This document shows positions 10,697 through 24,817 of a stretch of DNA of 64,000 nucleotides, in pieces. The notes beneath the pieces were generated by a model. The model had not been told where the DNA came from. It worked only from the letters and a program-made list of their open reading frames with translations, and did not search any database. The stretch is from assembly GCA_051294375.1 (NCBI GenBank), contig JBJCIZ010000239.1:5062711-5126710 (forward strand). The letters are read 5' to 3'. Both the position numbers and the translations under genes were made by a program. Source of the DNA: Paraspadella gotoi. Its lineage: Eukaryota; Animalia; Chaetognatha. Each line of letters begins with the position of its first letter. Position 1 is the first letter of the stretch.

Positions 10697-11200
10697 GAGG
10701 AAATTATAGAAAATGTTATGGAAAAGTCAAGGAAAAGTGAGAAAGGAGATAGTAAGTAGAGGAAAGGAAAAGGAATATAAAACAGAAAAGAAAGGAAAAG
10801 AAACTATAAAAGTAAGAGATACTTTAAAAAATAAGAATTGATTTTTTTTTTGGTATTATGATCTCGATTCATTTGTTTTTTTTTTTATTTCAGAAAATAA
10901 AAACGAACAAACCAAATGAATAACAAACCGTGTTCAAAATCGGACTAAACTAAACTAAATCAAAATATAAATAAACAAAGATTGGTGAATAGGAAAAAAC
11001 AATTGTCAAGTTTTGTTTTTGAAAAAAAAAACTAAATAACGAAACAAAACGAAACAAAACAAAACAGACTCAATGTTATTCGCGCCTCCTCGGATATTTC
11101 GTCCTTCCCTTGACTCCCTCCGCTCTCTATTCTCCTCCCTTTCTTCCTCTCTCTCCTCCTCCTCCTCCTCCTCCTCCTCCTCCCCTCCCTCCCCCACGCC

Positions 11201-11671
11201 ATGGATCAAAATGACGCCGGTATCGACCCGCTTTACTCCCGGCGTCGCGTCAAAGTCACCGACGTCGTTTCCTTGACTTCATCGTCCCCACCGGCGCCGT
11301 TGTATTCGACGGTGGAACGAAAACTCCTTCCCAGGCGAGGCCCGGATCGAGCATTTCACTCCGCGGCGCCGTCCACGTTCTCGCGCCTCAAACCGGCGCC
11401 TGGTTTCGCCGAACGGCGCCGCGATTCCACGGAATCGGCGTCGCAATCCTCGGAATCTCTGCCTCCTTCCATCAACAGCTTCTCGGACGGCGTCGGCGGC
11501 TGCGTAGGCGGCTCTGCGGCGGCGGATTGGCGGCCCGGAACTTCAGCGGCGTCGTCGTCGAGGGCGCCGGAAAGTTGGCACGACGCCGGTTCTGAGGCGG
11601 CGTCGTGCGCGGATTCTCTGCCGCGGAGGAGAGAGGCGCTGGATTCGTTGCCCAGGAGTCGGAAGTGAGAG

Positions 11672-11714
<43 letters not shown>

Positions 11715-12555
11715 AAAAAAGTTAAAAAACAGTTGCGAGACACCTGATTTATTAAAGAAATTGGGTTAATCCATTTTCGTACCCTAATCTAAGTCGAATA
11801 AAAACTCATTTCAAACAAGCTTCCCAACTCTGCAATATGCAAATGAAATTATTAACAATCTCTCCCACAGAAATTCTCTCCCCGACACGGACGCCGTCTC
11901 TTCCTCATTCGATTCTCTTCCCCGACAACGATCCTTTGCCCATCAGTCAATCGATCGCTCCTTCGACGACTCCTTCGAAGGAGCTCCCGCTCCACAGGAT
12001 TCGCTACCGCGAAGACGACGTCGGGAAGAGGAAGACAACGACAACAACGACGACAATCGTTGCCTCGATTCGATCCCCATCGGCAGACATCCTTACTTCG
12101 ACAATCTAGTAGAAGGTAACCGCGTGGGGCTCTATATTCCGATAGTGCCGATTTTCTTTCTCAAAGTCAAAGTTCACCCCCCCGATATCTAACTTACTTT
12201 TTTCTCACCTTACCCACCCCAAACCCCAACCCTCGATAACAGACGACGAGTCCCTCCCTCCCCCTCCTTCGCCAAAAGTCGAAGCCTGCGACTGCCCCAA
12301 TTGTCACGTGACCAACCCCCTCGATCCGGAGCCCCTCTCGTCCAATCAGAGCTCGTCCGACGGAAGTTCGACCAATCAGCGCTCGACTAATCGACGTAAC
12401 GTCTGTAACGGATCGATTCAACAACGGCTTTCGACCAATCAGCGTTCAGTTTTGGCGAGTGAAGATTGGACCAATCGGATCGCGTTCTCGCCGGAATCGA
12501 CCAATCAAAACGCCGATCGCGGCATGGAATACAACCAACTCGATTTTCGCAAAGG
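11201..12555 (+). CDS. uncharacterised disordered S/P/R-rich protein with repeated DSLPR motifs; exons 11201-11664, 11871-12115, 12243-12555, with a further exon likely near 12772-12853
   Basis: ATG in cgccATGg context. GC-rich open exons are joined in phase by AA|gtgaga..cccacag|A and G|gtaacc..ataacag|AC, ending at GG|gtgagt. Contains a CDCPNCH cluster. Confidence 0.7.
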
Positions 12556-13719
12556 GTGAGTTTTAAAGTTCGTGACATTTATAATTGTCAAGTTTGAAAA
12601 TCTATCTAATTTTGTCGGCTATATAAAATAGTATAGTATATTATCATATAGTATAGAAAATATTATTTCATATTTTTTTACCATCTGCTACCAAAAATTT
12701 CCAACCTATTTCTTTTTTTAGTCATTCGCTCCCCTAATATGCAAATTAGCCAATTCGCTTCCACATTCTCAGACTCTTTTAAGAGAGCTCTCGACGGCTC
12801 CAGATCCAAGGGTCCTTCATTGGAGTCGGGGATTCTTGGCTCGCTCCTATTGAGGTGGAAGAGGAGGAGGAGGAGGAGGAGGAGGGGGGTGAAGAAGAGG
12901 CTAAAAAAATATTTCAAAAGTTTGATATTATTATCATTATCATTTTATCAATAATTTGACGATTTATTTGAGCCAAACAACAGCAAATTCTAAAATTTAA
13001 AGTCTTTGTCCTCGTTATTACATGAGTATGTACATGAATAATTAGAGACAGACAGAAACCAACATATTAACATTTTAACACACAGTTTAACACTCGCACA
13101 CAAACGCATACACAAACGTATATACACACACCGACACACAAACACAACCAAAAACACATAAACAAACTTCGCCAAACAAAACATAAAACAATTTCGATCC
13201 CTACTCGCGAAAAAGATAAAAAAAAAGTATTTTTCCTTTTTTCCCAAAAGTACCCCATTTTACTTTAAATTCAGAATTTAACATAAAAAAAAGACTAGTT
13301 TAGTTTGGGATTTTGTCGAGAATGATCAATGATCATTGGTCAATGATTAGGATTTAAGCTAAGGGAATAAAATTAAGGTCAAGAATAAGGATTAGAGTAT
13401 ATTTATATCATAAAATATGAAGTTTCAAAATAAAAATAAAAATTTAGTTTAGGTATTAACAAAAAGAAATAGGGCGCTTTCGGAGGATAGTGACCCTCCT
13501 CTTTTTTTTCTGCGGCTCAAAAAAAAAAAAGTCATAAACTAAAGATTTCCGTTTTTCCCCGATTTTTTCCACGAGGAAAAAATATGATAAACAAAAAACA
13601 AACGATCACTTTGTTGTCGAGACTTTAAGCTCCCATGGCTGTCGTTGTCGTTGTTGTTGTTGTTCGTCGTCGTCTTTGTCGTTGTTGTTTGTCAATCCCG
13701 TTTTTTTTTAACAACAATC

Positions 13720-15565
13720 ATCCCTTTCTCAACCACATTCAATTCTCCCCCCCCCCCCCCCTCCCCCCCCTCCGCGCCCCCCCCCCCGCCCCCCCACCCC
13801 GCGCCCCCCCCCCCAGTTTCTCAAACGCAGCAGATTCATGACCTTTCCTAAACCACATCTCAAGTGCCCTTGTTCTCAACCACATTCATCCCTTTACTCA
13901 ACCCACTCTCATCCCAGTTCTCAACCACATTCATTCCTTTACTCAACCACATCTCATTCCGTTTTCTCAACCACATTCATGACCCTTTTCTCAACCAAAA
14001 TCAATTTCATCCCTTTTCTCACCACTCTCATCCTTTTTCTCAACCACTATTCATCCCTTTTCTCACCACATTCATTCCTTTACTCAATCCACTTTCCATC
14101 CTTTGATCTCAACCACACTTCATCCCTTTTCTCAACCAACTCTAATCCTTTTTCTCAACCACTTCATCCCTTTTCTCAACCACATTCATTCCCTTTATCC
14201 AACCCACTCTCATCCACCTTTTCTCAACGACACCAATTCAACCCTTTTCTGACAAACCACATCATCTATCCAACCCCTTAACCTTTTCTCATCAGCATTC
14301 ATCCCTTTTCTCAACCAATTCATCCCTTTTCTCAACCCACATTCATCCTTTTACTCAACCACTCTCATCCCGTTTTCTCAACCACATTCATCATCCTTTA
14401 CTAACCACTCTCATCCTTTTTCTCAACCACTATTCATCCCCTATTTCTCAACCACTCTGATCCTTTTTTCTCAACCACATTTAGCCCTTTTCTCAACCAT
14501 TCTCATCTTTTTCACCCACATTCATCCCTTTTCTCAACCATCTCTCATCCCTTCTCAACCCACTGTCAATCTTCCTTTTCTCAACCACTTTCATCACTTT
14601 TCTCAACCCACATTCAATTCCCTTTTCCTCAACCACTCTAATCTTTTTCTCAACCAACATTCATTCCCTTTCTCAACCACATTCATCCCTTTACTGGCAC
14701 CACGATCTGCCATCCCGTTTTCTCAACGGACACTCGTCATCGGCTTTTTCTCAACCACATCTCCATGACCCTTTTCCTCAATCACATTCATTCGCCGCTT
14801 TTTCTCAGAGCCAAATTCATGTGGCCCCTTTGTCTCAAACCACATTGCCATACCACTTTTACTCAAACGCACTTTCTCATCCCGTTTGCTGCAAACCACA
14901 ATTCATTCCTTTACGGTCACGCACTATCCATCCGGCTTTTCCTCAACCACCTTCATAGCCCGTTTTCTCCAGGCACTACTATGCCCTTTTTCAAGCACAC
15001 ATTTATACGCCTGTTTGTCTCCAACCATCTCCTCATGCCCAGCTGTTTCTCAAGCCACATTGCATTATCCCTGTTTTCTCGAACCATTCTCATCACCGCT
15101 TCTCAACCACGCATTCATCCCTTTTACTCAAACCACTCGATTATCCGTTTTTCTCAACCACATCATCCTTTACTCAACCACTCTCATCGCCTTTCTCAAC
15201 CACATTCATCCGCTTTTTCTCACACCACCTCTTATCTCGCTTTTCTCATACCGACATTTATCCCGTTTCTCAAACCATTCTCATCACCCTCTGTTCTCAA
15301 CCGACATTCAATCGCCTTTTCTCAACCATGTCTCAATCCCTTTTGCTTCTCAACCAGCTCTCATGTCCTCTCTAAGTCCACTCTTATCGCTTTTTCTCAA
15401 AAGCCACATTCCATCCCTTAGGCTGGCAACTCACGTCTCATCCCTTTTCTCAACCACATTCATCCCTTTTCTCAACCATTCTCATCCCTTTTCTCAACCA
15501 CTCTCATCCCTTTTCTCAACCACTCTTATCCTTTTTCTCAACCACATTCATCCCTTTACTCAACC
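13720..15565. repeat. ~22-23-bp minisatellite (TTTTCTCAACCACATTCATCCC)n
   Basis: Continuous tandem array of about 1.8 kb, noisier in the middle. Confidence 0.93.
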
Positions 15566-15627
15566 AGCTCAATTCCCATCAGACGCGTTAGAGCTTTCGA
15601 TCGATAATCTAACTCATCGTCTTCGTG

Positions 15628-15661
<34 letters not shown>
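15556..15661 (-). CDS. candidate exon fragment (poly-D, HEDDELDYRSKALTRLMGIELVE)
   Basis: Open, protein-like reading. A possible acceptor (gattcag) is seen in the noisy duplicate at ~16375. It may be chance. Confidence 0.3.
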
Positions 15662-15993
15662 NNNNNNNNNNNNNNNNNNNNNNNNNNNNNNNNNNNNNNN
15701 NNNNNNNNNNNNNNNNNNNNNNNNNNNNNNNNNNNNNNNNNNNNNNNNNNNNNNNNNNNNNNNNNNNNNNNNNNNNNNNNNNNNNNNNTTTTTTTATATT
15801 TTCCTTTTCTATTTTTTTTCTTTCTTTCTTTTCTTTCTTTTCTGTCTCATCTTTCTTTTCTTCTGTTATTTTTTTTTCTTTTTGAATTGTTAGATTGTCT
15901 CAATATCTCTCTTTCTGTATTTTATTTCGTTAAAAGTTTTTTTTTTCCTTTTCAAAATTGTTACAAAATATTTCGTCTATGTCGCAGTCGTCG

Positions 15994-16025
<32 letters not shown>

Positions 16026-17807
16026 GNNNNNNNNNNNNNNNNNNNNNNNNNATTCTCCCTACATTCATTCCTTTTCTCCATTTTTCTCCACCTTTTTCTC
16101 ACACCACTCTCACCCTTTCTCAACCAACTCTTACTCCTTTTTCCAACCCAACATTCATCTCCTTTAACTCACCAGGCTTATTCCCCACATCAACGCGTTA
16201 GAAGCTTTCGATCGATAAACTCTACTTCACTGTTCGTGTCCGTGCGTCTTCGTCGTCGTCTGTCGTCGTCGTCGTCGTCGTCGTCGTCGTTCGTTCGTCG
16301 TCTCGTCGTTCGTCGCGTCGTCGTCCGTCTCTCCGTTCGTCGTCCCCGTCGTCGTCGTCGTCGTCGTCGGCCTCTGAATCATCGCCTCTTTTATAATTTT
16401 CCTTTTCTATTTTTTTTCTTTTCTTTCTTTTCTTTCTTTTCTGTCTCAATCTTTCTTTTCTTCTGTAATTTTTTTTTCTTTTTGAATTGTTCGACTTGTC
16501 TTCAATATTCTCTTTCTGTTATTATTTCTGGTTCACAAAGTCTTTTTTTTCTCTCTCAATTGTACATTTGGTTCCCCTGCTAATATTGAAAATAAAAACC
16601 ATAAAAAAAAAAAAAAATACTTCTCAAATTACTTCTATCTCCTTTCTGAAAATAAAAAACAAATAAAATAAAAATAAATATAAAATAAAATAAACTAAAA
16701 ATAAAAAAAAATATATATAAAATATAATAAAAAATAAAAAAATACAAAAAAGATAATAACCAGAACACAAAAACATTGTCAAAACTGTCATTCTTCTAAT
16801 CTCCTCGTGGTCTCCTGGAATTTAACATCAAAAATATAAAATAAAAATAAATATAAAACTATAAATAAATGGATATAAAAAAATAAAAAAAAATAATAAC
16901 ACATATAAAAAACTAAAACAAAAAATAAATATCTATCAAGATAAAACTAAATTTCAAAAAATAGGTAAAACATCAAATATACAGCACAAAAAAAAAATAT
17001 AACCATGTGACAATAGGCGGTAAATAAAAAAATATCCCCAATAACAGTTCACTAGTCTTAACGATATTATCCCTTTAAGACTTCCCATAATCTAATTTTT
17101 AATAAGAGACGTAAAAGATAAACTCGGAATCTTTTGTAATGCTAGATCAGCATCATACGTATCTATATTAGATAAGAAAATATTGATAAAAGATTAATTG
17201 AAAAAAAAACGTTTTAGAAATAGGAAATATATATTAAAAATAAAGCATGGGTTCCCCGCTGCCCCCGCCCAGATCTGATTGTCATGACGTTCGGTCATCG
17301 TCGTCGTCGTCGTCGTCGTCGCGGTCCGTCCCGTCCGTCGTTAAGAATAGGATTTTTAACCGGCACCGGGCACGTACGATACGATGCGCACTGGTGAGAT
17401 GATTTCTGCGTATATCATATTAATCTCGATTCGGATCTCTGGATTTCGAATTTGAAAACAAAATGTTGGAAGAGAGAGGATGAGAGAGAGAGAGAGGAGA
17501 AGAGAGAGAGAGAGGGGAGAGAGAGAGAGAGAGAAGAGAGAGAGCTTATCTGATTCTGATAATTGAACCTCTCTCTTCAAAAAAAAATCTCGCTCCCAAG
17601 TAAGATGTTTTAAAAATAATTTTCCTGAAAAAAAAACAAAAAAACGGACGCTTAATTTATTTATTTTGATATTTGATTATTGATTAAGAATGATCCTTTT
17701 TTTTTGTTCTATATCTTCTAATGATCATTACAAAGTGTTTTGGCGTTCTTTTAAACGAGTATGAATAAAAATAAAGAGACAGATTTTGGACCAATAGATT
17801 TTTAATC

Positions 17808-17975
17808 CTTTATGAAATTGGTACGACCAATATAAAAATTATCCATTCTTTTAATAAATAAGCTATCTAGCCCCTGACTTTGGACAGGCTTTGGTGGCCC
17901 AAGGCCTCCATCACTCTTACAAGATAATGACATCCCCGGTTCCTGCGAGTTCTCAATCAGAACTCTTTCACAGTT
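17808..17975 (-). mobile_element. dispersed ~165-bp repeat family, copy 2
   Basis: Reverse-complement match to 9737-9900. Confidence 0.75.
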
Positions 17976-20104
17976 GAGTTTATTTCCTCCCAGATTAACT
18001 ATCTTCAGTATCAATGAAGTGGTATCATGTTTCAATTGTATGTATTATTTTACTTTCATATAAATTTACATTTTAAATCTCTACCCACTTAAGCTTTACT
18101 TTACACTTACCCTCCTCATTTGCTCTTACCCTTACTCTCTTTAAGTCGCCCTTTAATCTTTAATTCTCATTTCAACTTACCTGATTTTTTTTTTCCTAGA
18201 AATTTTCAATCAAAACAAACTTTTCGGTCGGAAGGGTTAAAGTTCGATCAGCAAATTCTCTCTNNNNNNNNNNCTCTGCCCAATCCTAATTTCTCCTTCG
18301 CTCCGACAAAGTCTTCAAGACGAAAAAAAGAAAAAGAAAAAAATCCCCTTTTTTTCTTTAAAACTTCGTCGTCGTCTTTCTCCTCCTCCTCATCCTCCTC
18401 CTCTTCTTCCTCTTCCTCCTCCTTCATCGTCTACGAGGGTTTTTCGTCTCTCTCTCTCTCTCTCTTTCGATCCCAAAAAAGAATCTTTTTTTTTTCTTCC
18501 TTTTCTCTATAATTACCAAGAGTCGATTTTTATCTTTGATTTAACAACGATGATGGTTAATGACATAAACGGTGTTTCGACTTGGACGTTAGTCTTCATC
18601 CGCGTAAAAAAAAAATATNNNNNNNNNNNNNNNNNNNNNNNNNNNNNNNNNNNNNNNNNNNNNNNNNNNNNNNNNNNNNNNNNNNNNNNNNNNNNNNNNN
18701 NNNNNNNNNNNNNNNNNNNNNNNNNNNNNNNNNNNNNNNNNNNNNNNNNNNNNNNNNNNNNNNNNNNNNNNNNNNNNNNNNNNNNNNNNNNNNNNNNNNN
18801 NNNNNNNNNNNNNNNNNNNNNNNNNNNNNTTTTTTAAAGATTAGGAAAAACAGATTTGAACATTTTTAATAATTTTTAAACCTAAATAAAACTGAATTTT
18901 TGATTTTTTTTTNNNNNNNNNNNNNNNNNNNNNNNNNNNNNNNNNNNNNNNNNNNNNNNNNNNNNNNNNNNNNNNNNNNNNNNNNNNNNNNNNNNNNNNN
19001 NNNNNNNNNNNNNNNNNNNNNNNNNNNNNNNNNNNNNNNNNNNNNNNNNNNNNNNNNNNNNNNNNNNNNNNNNNNNNNNNNNNNNNNNNNNNNNNNNNNN
19101 NNNNNNNNNNNNNNNNNNNNNNNNNNNNNNNNNNNNNNNNNNNNNNNNNNNNNNNNNNNNNNNNNNNNNNNNNNNNNNNNNNNNNNNNNNNNNNNNNNNN
19201 NNNNNNNNNNNNNNNNNNNNNNNNNNNNNNNNNNNNNNNNNNNNNNNCGACGAACGACGACGATCCTTTCGCTAACAATGGGACTCGATCTTCGATGGTC
19301 ATTCTTTACGCGACAAAGGGGAAAAAAGACTCTCTNNNNNNNNNNNNNNNNNNNNNNNNNNNNNNNNNNNNNNNNNNNNNNNNNNNNNNNNNNNNNNNNN
19401 NNNNNNNNNNNNNNNNNNNNNNNNNNNNNNNNNNNNNNNNNNNNNNNNNNNNNNNNNNNNNNNNNNNNNNNNNNNNNNNNNNNNNNNNNNNNNNNNNNNN
19501 NNNNAGTTTTCGTAGTAAGAGTTCGTAGAGAAACAAGAATTTGAATATTTTTCAACAAAAAGTTTTCTTTTTAATCTTTCGATCGACATCTTTTAAATTT
19601 CGTTTTCACAAAAAAAANNNNNNNNNNNNNNNNNNNNNNNNNNNNNNNNNNNNNNNNNNNNNNNNNNNNNNNNNNNNNNNNNNNNNNNNNNNNNNNNNNN
19701 NNNNNNNNNNNNNNNNNNNNNNNNNNNNNNNNNNNNNNNNNNNNNNNNNNNNNNNNNNNNNNNNNNNNNNNNNAAAAAAACCTTGCTTAATATAAATATT
19801 ACTGTAACTTGCTCAACTATTTTTTTACTTTTGAGTTACGAAACAATAAATTCAAAAAGACTTTGTCTTATGTTTTATTTAAAATGTAATAATTTCGACC
19901 TTTAAAAATTGTTTTCCGTCTCAAAATTACTTCGTTCAACATTGACTCGAACATATGTTCATTTTCGTCGGGTTATGACGATCAACCTGTTTAAATATCG
20001 TTTTTATTTTATTTTTTTATAGACGTTATTTTTTTAAAGTCTTGTTTTCAGTGCGATTAAAGATCGCGGGAAAAAAATACACACAATAAAAAAAGTAAAC
20101 AAAA

Positions 20105-20168
<64 letters not shown>

Positions 20169-20303
20169 CCATCGGCATAAAAGGGGCAGTGACTGTCTCA
20201 TGAATTCCTTTATTGCCTCCTCTCCTCTCCAGACGTTAATTACCTGCGACAAATAAAACAAGTTTTTCCCGTTTCGTTTTACTCATGTTTTCTATTTATT
20301 TTT

Positions 20304-20374
<71 letters not shown>

Positions 20375-21839
20375 TATATTTATTTATTCATTAATTTATT
20401 TATTTTTTGTTTGTTTATTTATTTATTCCTTTAATTATTTAGTTTTTTATTTATTTAGTTTTTTTATTTATTCATTTATTTTGTGTACTTTTTTTATAGA
20501 CACATAAAAAGTTGATGTATCCAAAGAGGAGAAAACTTTTTATTCATTTGTATCCACATTTAATTTATTTATTTCTGAACATTACTTTCAACTTTTTTTT
20601 AAAGTGGTTTTTCATAAGATAAAAAAAATATCACTTATTCATCATGCTTCTTTTTTACCCATTAAAACCGGATTAATTTTTTTTTTTTAAATAATATTTT
20701 TTTTACGTTCTTCTAAACACAGTGGATCTGGATTACGACATCTTTGATGATTCCTTAACTCAAATTGAGTTGTCAATTTTTATTTTTCCTTTTTTTTCTT
20801 TTTACTATCAAATGAATATTTTTTAAATATTTTAATTTTTTTTTTACCTCGTTGATTAAACCGAAGTTTAAAAGTATTTAATCGCAAAGATTGTATTCGT
20901 TTCTTTCTTTCATTTTTCATTAGGTCGTTTTGTTTCATCATGTTACTTTTTAAACATTCCGAATTCATCCGGATCGTGCATCGTCTTGAGCCGACCTTTC
21001 TCAACATCAATTTCCCCTCGGAATGGAATTTAACTTTCCCGAGGAATTTCGTCCGCGTCGAAACGCATCGATGGTGAAATAAAAAGCTGGAGTTGACCCT
21101 TCGATTACTCCAGCCGATTACGGGGTTAAAAGTCCCAATGAAATCACGAGGAATTCGTCCTAAGAGAAAAAATTACGCCGAAATTACGACGAAAATTTGT
21201 AATTTAAAAAAAAATGTTTAAAAAAAAATGTTGAATTTATGGATTACCAAACGAAAAATGGGGAAAAAAAATCAGAATAAACAAACGCATATTTTTTTTT
21301 TAAAAAGTTGTTTATTTTGGCGTCGAATCTTTGTTTACGCCGAAAAAAAAGTTGAATCAAAGTCCAATCAAAGGAGAAATGTTTTCATAGAGACTGTTGT
21401 TGTTGTTGTTGTCGTTGTGCGCTCGTTTGGAACACGTGTTATTTCTGAATACGAGTTTTGTGTGTGCTTGAGTGTTTTGTGTGTGATTGAGTGTTTTTTA
21501 CTAACTTAGTTATTTTATGTATACGAAGAAAAAAGAAAACTTCCCCCCCAAAAAATAAATATGTTNNNNNNNNNNNNNNNNNNNNNNNNNTCTCTCTACT
21601 CCATCAGTCTCTCAATCTCTCTCTCTCTCTTAACTCCTCTCTCTCTATCTCTCTCTATCTCTCCCTCTCTCTCTCTCATAATCTTGCTCTACCGATCACA
21701 TGAAGAAAATTAGAACGGAATGATGCAGTACAATTTTTTGACGGATTTTCAACGCAGAATTTTGCGAAATACACGTCCATGACGAAAAATTCGGACCTCA
21801 CTCAATAAATCGAATGGGCAGAACGCTTATGGTAAAACG

Positions 21840-21925
21840 GAGACCAATCTCACGGTTCGTTGCAGGACCAATCACGGTTCGTTGAGGACCAATCACGGAC
21901 CAATCTCGCGCAATCACGTGACGCC
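21840..21925. promoter_or_regulatory. cluster of CCAAT boxes plus CACGTGAC E-box
   Basis: ACCAATC x4 in short tandem repeats, followed by AATCACGTGACG. Confidence 0.4.
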
Positions 21926-22739
21926 AAAACAAAACCGATCGACAAACAAACAAGAAATCGCAAATAAATCGAAGAATGTACATTGCAATAAATTCCGTCC
22001 CTGATTGTATTTTGAAAACTCTTGATGTTGAAGTAATTACCACTGTACCAGTATGTAACGCGTGAACAAAAAGCTTTTTGAGTAAGTACTAACTAAATTG
22101 ACTCGGTATTTCATAGATGATATGATAATGTGATACTATTTTTCACAATAGTCAATTGATTTAGACGATTGTAATTTTGTGAACCAATATTTGGTGAAAA
22201 GTGAAAACTAATTCGTGTCTGGTGAACCTGTTCGTTTTGTTTATTCGGCGGTTCGTCAGTTCGTCAGTTCGGTTCCCTTGTTCGTTCTCAAGTTCGTTCG
22301 GTTCCTTTATTCGTAATTTCTTTTATTTTTTATAAAATAATAATTGTTAAATGGCAATTATTTTTTTTTTAATTACTTAAATTGGCTCAAATACTCTGTC
22401 CTCAATTTTTGTGTACTTTTTTTCAATTGCAAAAAAAAAATCCCAAAAATTCAACAGTTGTTCTCAAAAGAAAAAAAAATAAATTCATCGACAAAAAAAG
22501 GAATTTATTTCAGTTTTGAAATAAACGATCATCACTGTCATTCGTCTTTCCTTGATTTTGAAAAAAATAATAATTTTACAAACTGGGTCCTACTGTACCG
22601 ACATGAATCCTAATCGTAATAAAGGATTATCGCCGTAATTAACGTAAATAAAGAAAAAACCGCGTATAACGAGAAAAACAACGCGTCCAACGAAAAGGAG
22701 ATAAAAGATGACGAGCAAAATGATTCAATGGTGAGCATT

Positions 22740-23052
22740 ATGAATTAATTATTAAGTAATTATTAATTATTAGGTATTTAGTATTATAAAGGAAAATGCC
22801 TTCAAAGATCATGTCAGGAACTACATAAATTTTATAGGTCATTACAATTCCTATCAAAATCAATCTCTCTCTCTCTCTTCCTCTCGTCTCTAATCTCCTC
22901 ACTCTCTCTCTCCTCTGCTCCTCTCTCTCTCTTCTCTCTCTCCTCTCTCTGTCTCTCATCTCTCATCCATACCTGTAGCCTCGTTCGTTATAACCTCGAC
23001 CTACTTTTGTTGTCACATTGTAACTTCTTTTTTTAGCTTTAACACCTTCTTA

Positions 23053-23096
<44 letters not shown>

Positions 23097-23156
23097 TCGT
23101 CGTGTGAATTTCCTTTGAAGGGTCCGAACAACCGTCCAGTCTTTCGGCGGATGGTG

Positions 23157-23196
<40 letters not shown>

Positions 23197-23214
23197 AGTG
23201 AGAAAGAGAGAGAA

Positions 23215-23246
<32 letters not shown>

Positions 23247-23515
23247 CACCTCTTGAGGGAATGTCTTGGGGAGAGGTTTGAGATTCGTGGGGGTCAGACT
23301 TTAAGGGATCGGAAGTCTTCTGGTTGCAATTGGGTGAGAAGACTAATGAGAAGAGTTGAGGGTTCGTATGGGAGAAGTGATAGGGGGAAGTGATGGGGGA
23401 AGTGATAGGGGGAAGTGATAAAGGGTGAATGAGGTTGTTGTGAATTTGAAAGGGTTGTGTAAAGGGGAAAAAACAATGAATGATATTGAAAAAGAAAATG
23501 GGAAAGAGAAGAGAG

Positions 23516-23556
<41 letters not shown>

Positions 23557-24627
23557 AGGGATGGGGAGGAGGGAGGACAGGAGATAGATACGAGACGGAG
23601 TGAGAGAGTGAGTGTTATTAACAAACCACAAAAGAATGAAACGTACGTACAACGCCTCATGGTGCACAACCTGACAGCCACGTATTACGTGAGATACAAT
23701 CGCACTTTGTGATAATGTGATCATGTGAAATTTATTCGTTGCGAGGGGTCTTAGGGTAGAGTGCCTACATGACGAATATTGATCATAATTATTCGGTATT
23801 ACACCAATTAGTCGTTTATAAACCGAACGGACGGACGGACAGAGACAAACAGAGAGACAAACAGACAGAACGACAAACAGACAATGAGACAGAGAGGTAG
23901 AGAGTCAACCAATCCAAAACTCGAGTGCTTTGCAAAGTAACAACATTCTTTCTTGACTCTTCAAGGAAGTCGAATATGCAAAGATCAAAGGCTCGGTGTG
24001 TTGTCGGCTCCAGGAAAGGAATAGGAGGGAAAGGGGAAGCGATGTCCTGGAGTGGAACTGTGACTGGGTGATGCAGCTTGTAGAAGGGGGTAAGTTTTGT
24101 GGATAAGGCGTTGAGTGGGCTGAAGAGTGCCATTCGAAACTTTTTTAACCCCCTCTAGCAGCCATGGAACGGGTCCTGGGCTTGGAACCAGGCTTGAGGG
24201 TTTCCTACGCCCCCAAGGATCGATCCCGGTAGCTAATGAGCTGATGGTATTACTCAATCAGCTCCCGGTTCGCAACTGAAGATGTCATGCTTATAGGCGG
24301 AAAGAGAGAGAAATTGGAATTCAATTATTAAGTAAGTTATTAATTATTAGGTATTTAGTATTATACAAGGAAAAATGCCTTCAAAGATCATGTCAGGAAC
24401 TACATAAATTTTATAGTGTCATTTACAATTCCTATCAAAATCAATCTCTCTCTCTCTCTTCCTCTCTCTCTTCTCCTCCTCTCTCTCTCCTCTGCTCTCT
24501 CTCTCTCTGTCTCTCCTCTCTCTCTTCTCTCATCTGCTCATCCATACCTGTAGCCTCGTTCCGTTATAACTCGACCTACTTTTGTTGTCACATTGTAACT
24601 TCTTTTTTTAGCTTTAACACCTTCTTA

Positions 24628-24671
<44 letters not shown>

Positions 24672-24728
24672 TCGTCGGGATTTCCTTTGAAGGGTCCGAA
24701 CAAACCGTCAGTCTTTTCGGCGGATGTG

Positions 24729-24768
<40 letters not shown>

Positions 24769-24775
24769 AGTGAGA

Positions 24776-24817
<42 letters not shown>

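Noticed and set aside
13838-15893. Long ORFs of 147-335 aa
   Set aside because: They result from a stop-poor minisatellite and N gaps.
18550-19795. ORFs spanning N runs
   Set aside because: They are open only because the bases are unknown.
24120-24140. Hammerhead-like CTGAAGA..GAAAC inside the structured element
   Set aside because: Stem II and stem I do not pair convincingly, and the motif is absent from copy B.
24175-24193. Twister-like P4/L4 (minus strand CCTGGTTCCAAGCCCAGG)
   Set aside because: No matching P1-UAA-P2-GC arrangement or pseudoknot partners were found, and G.U pairs mostly favour the + strand.
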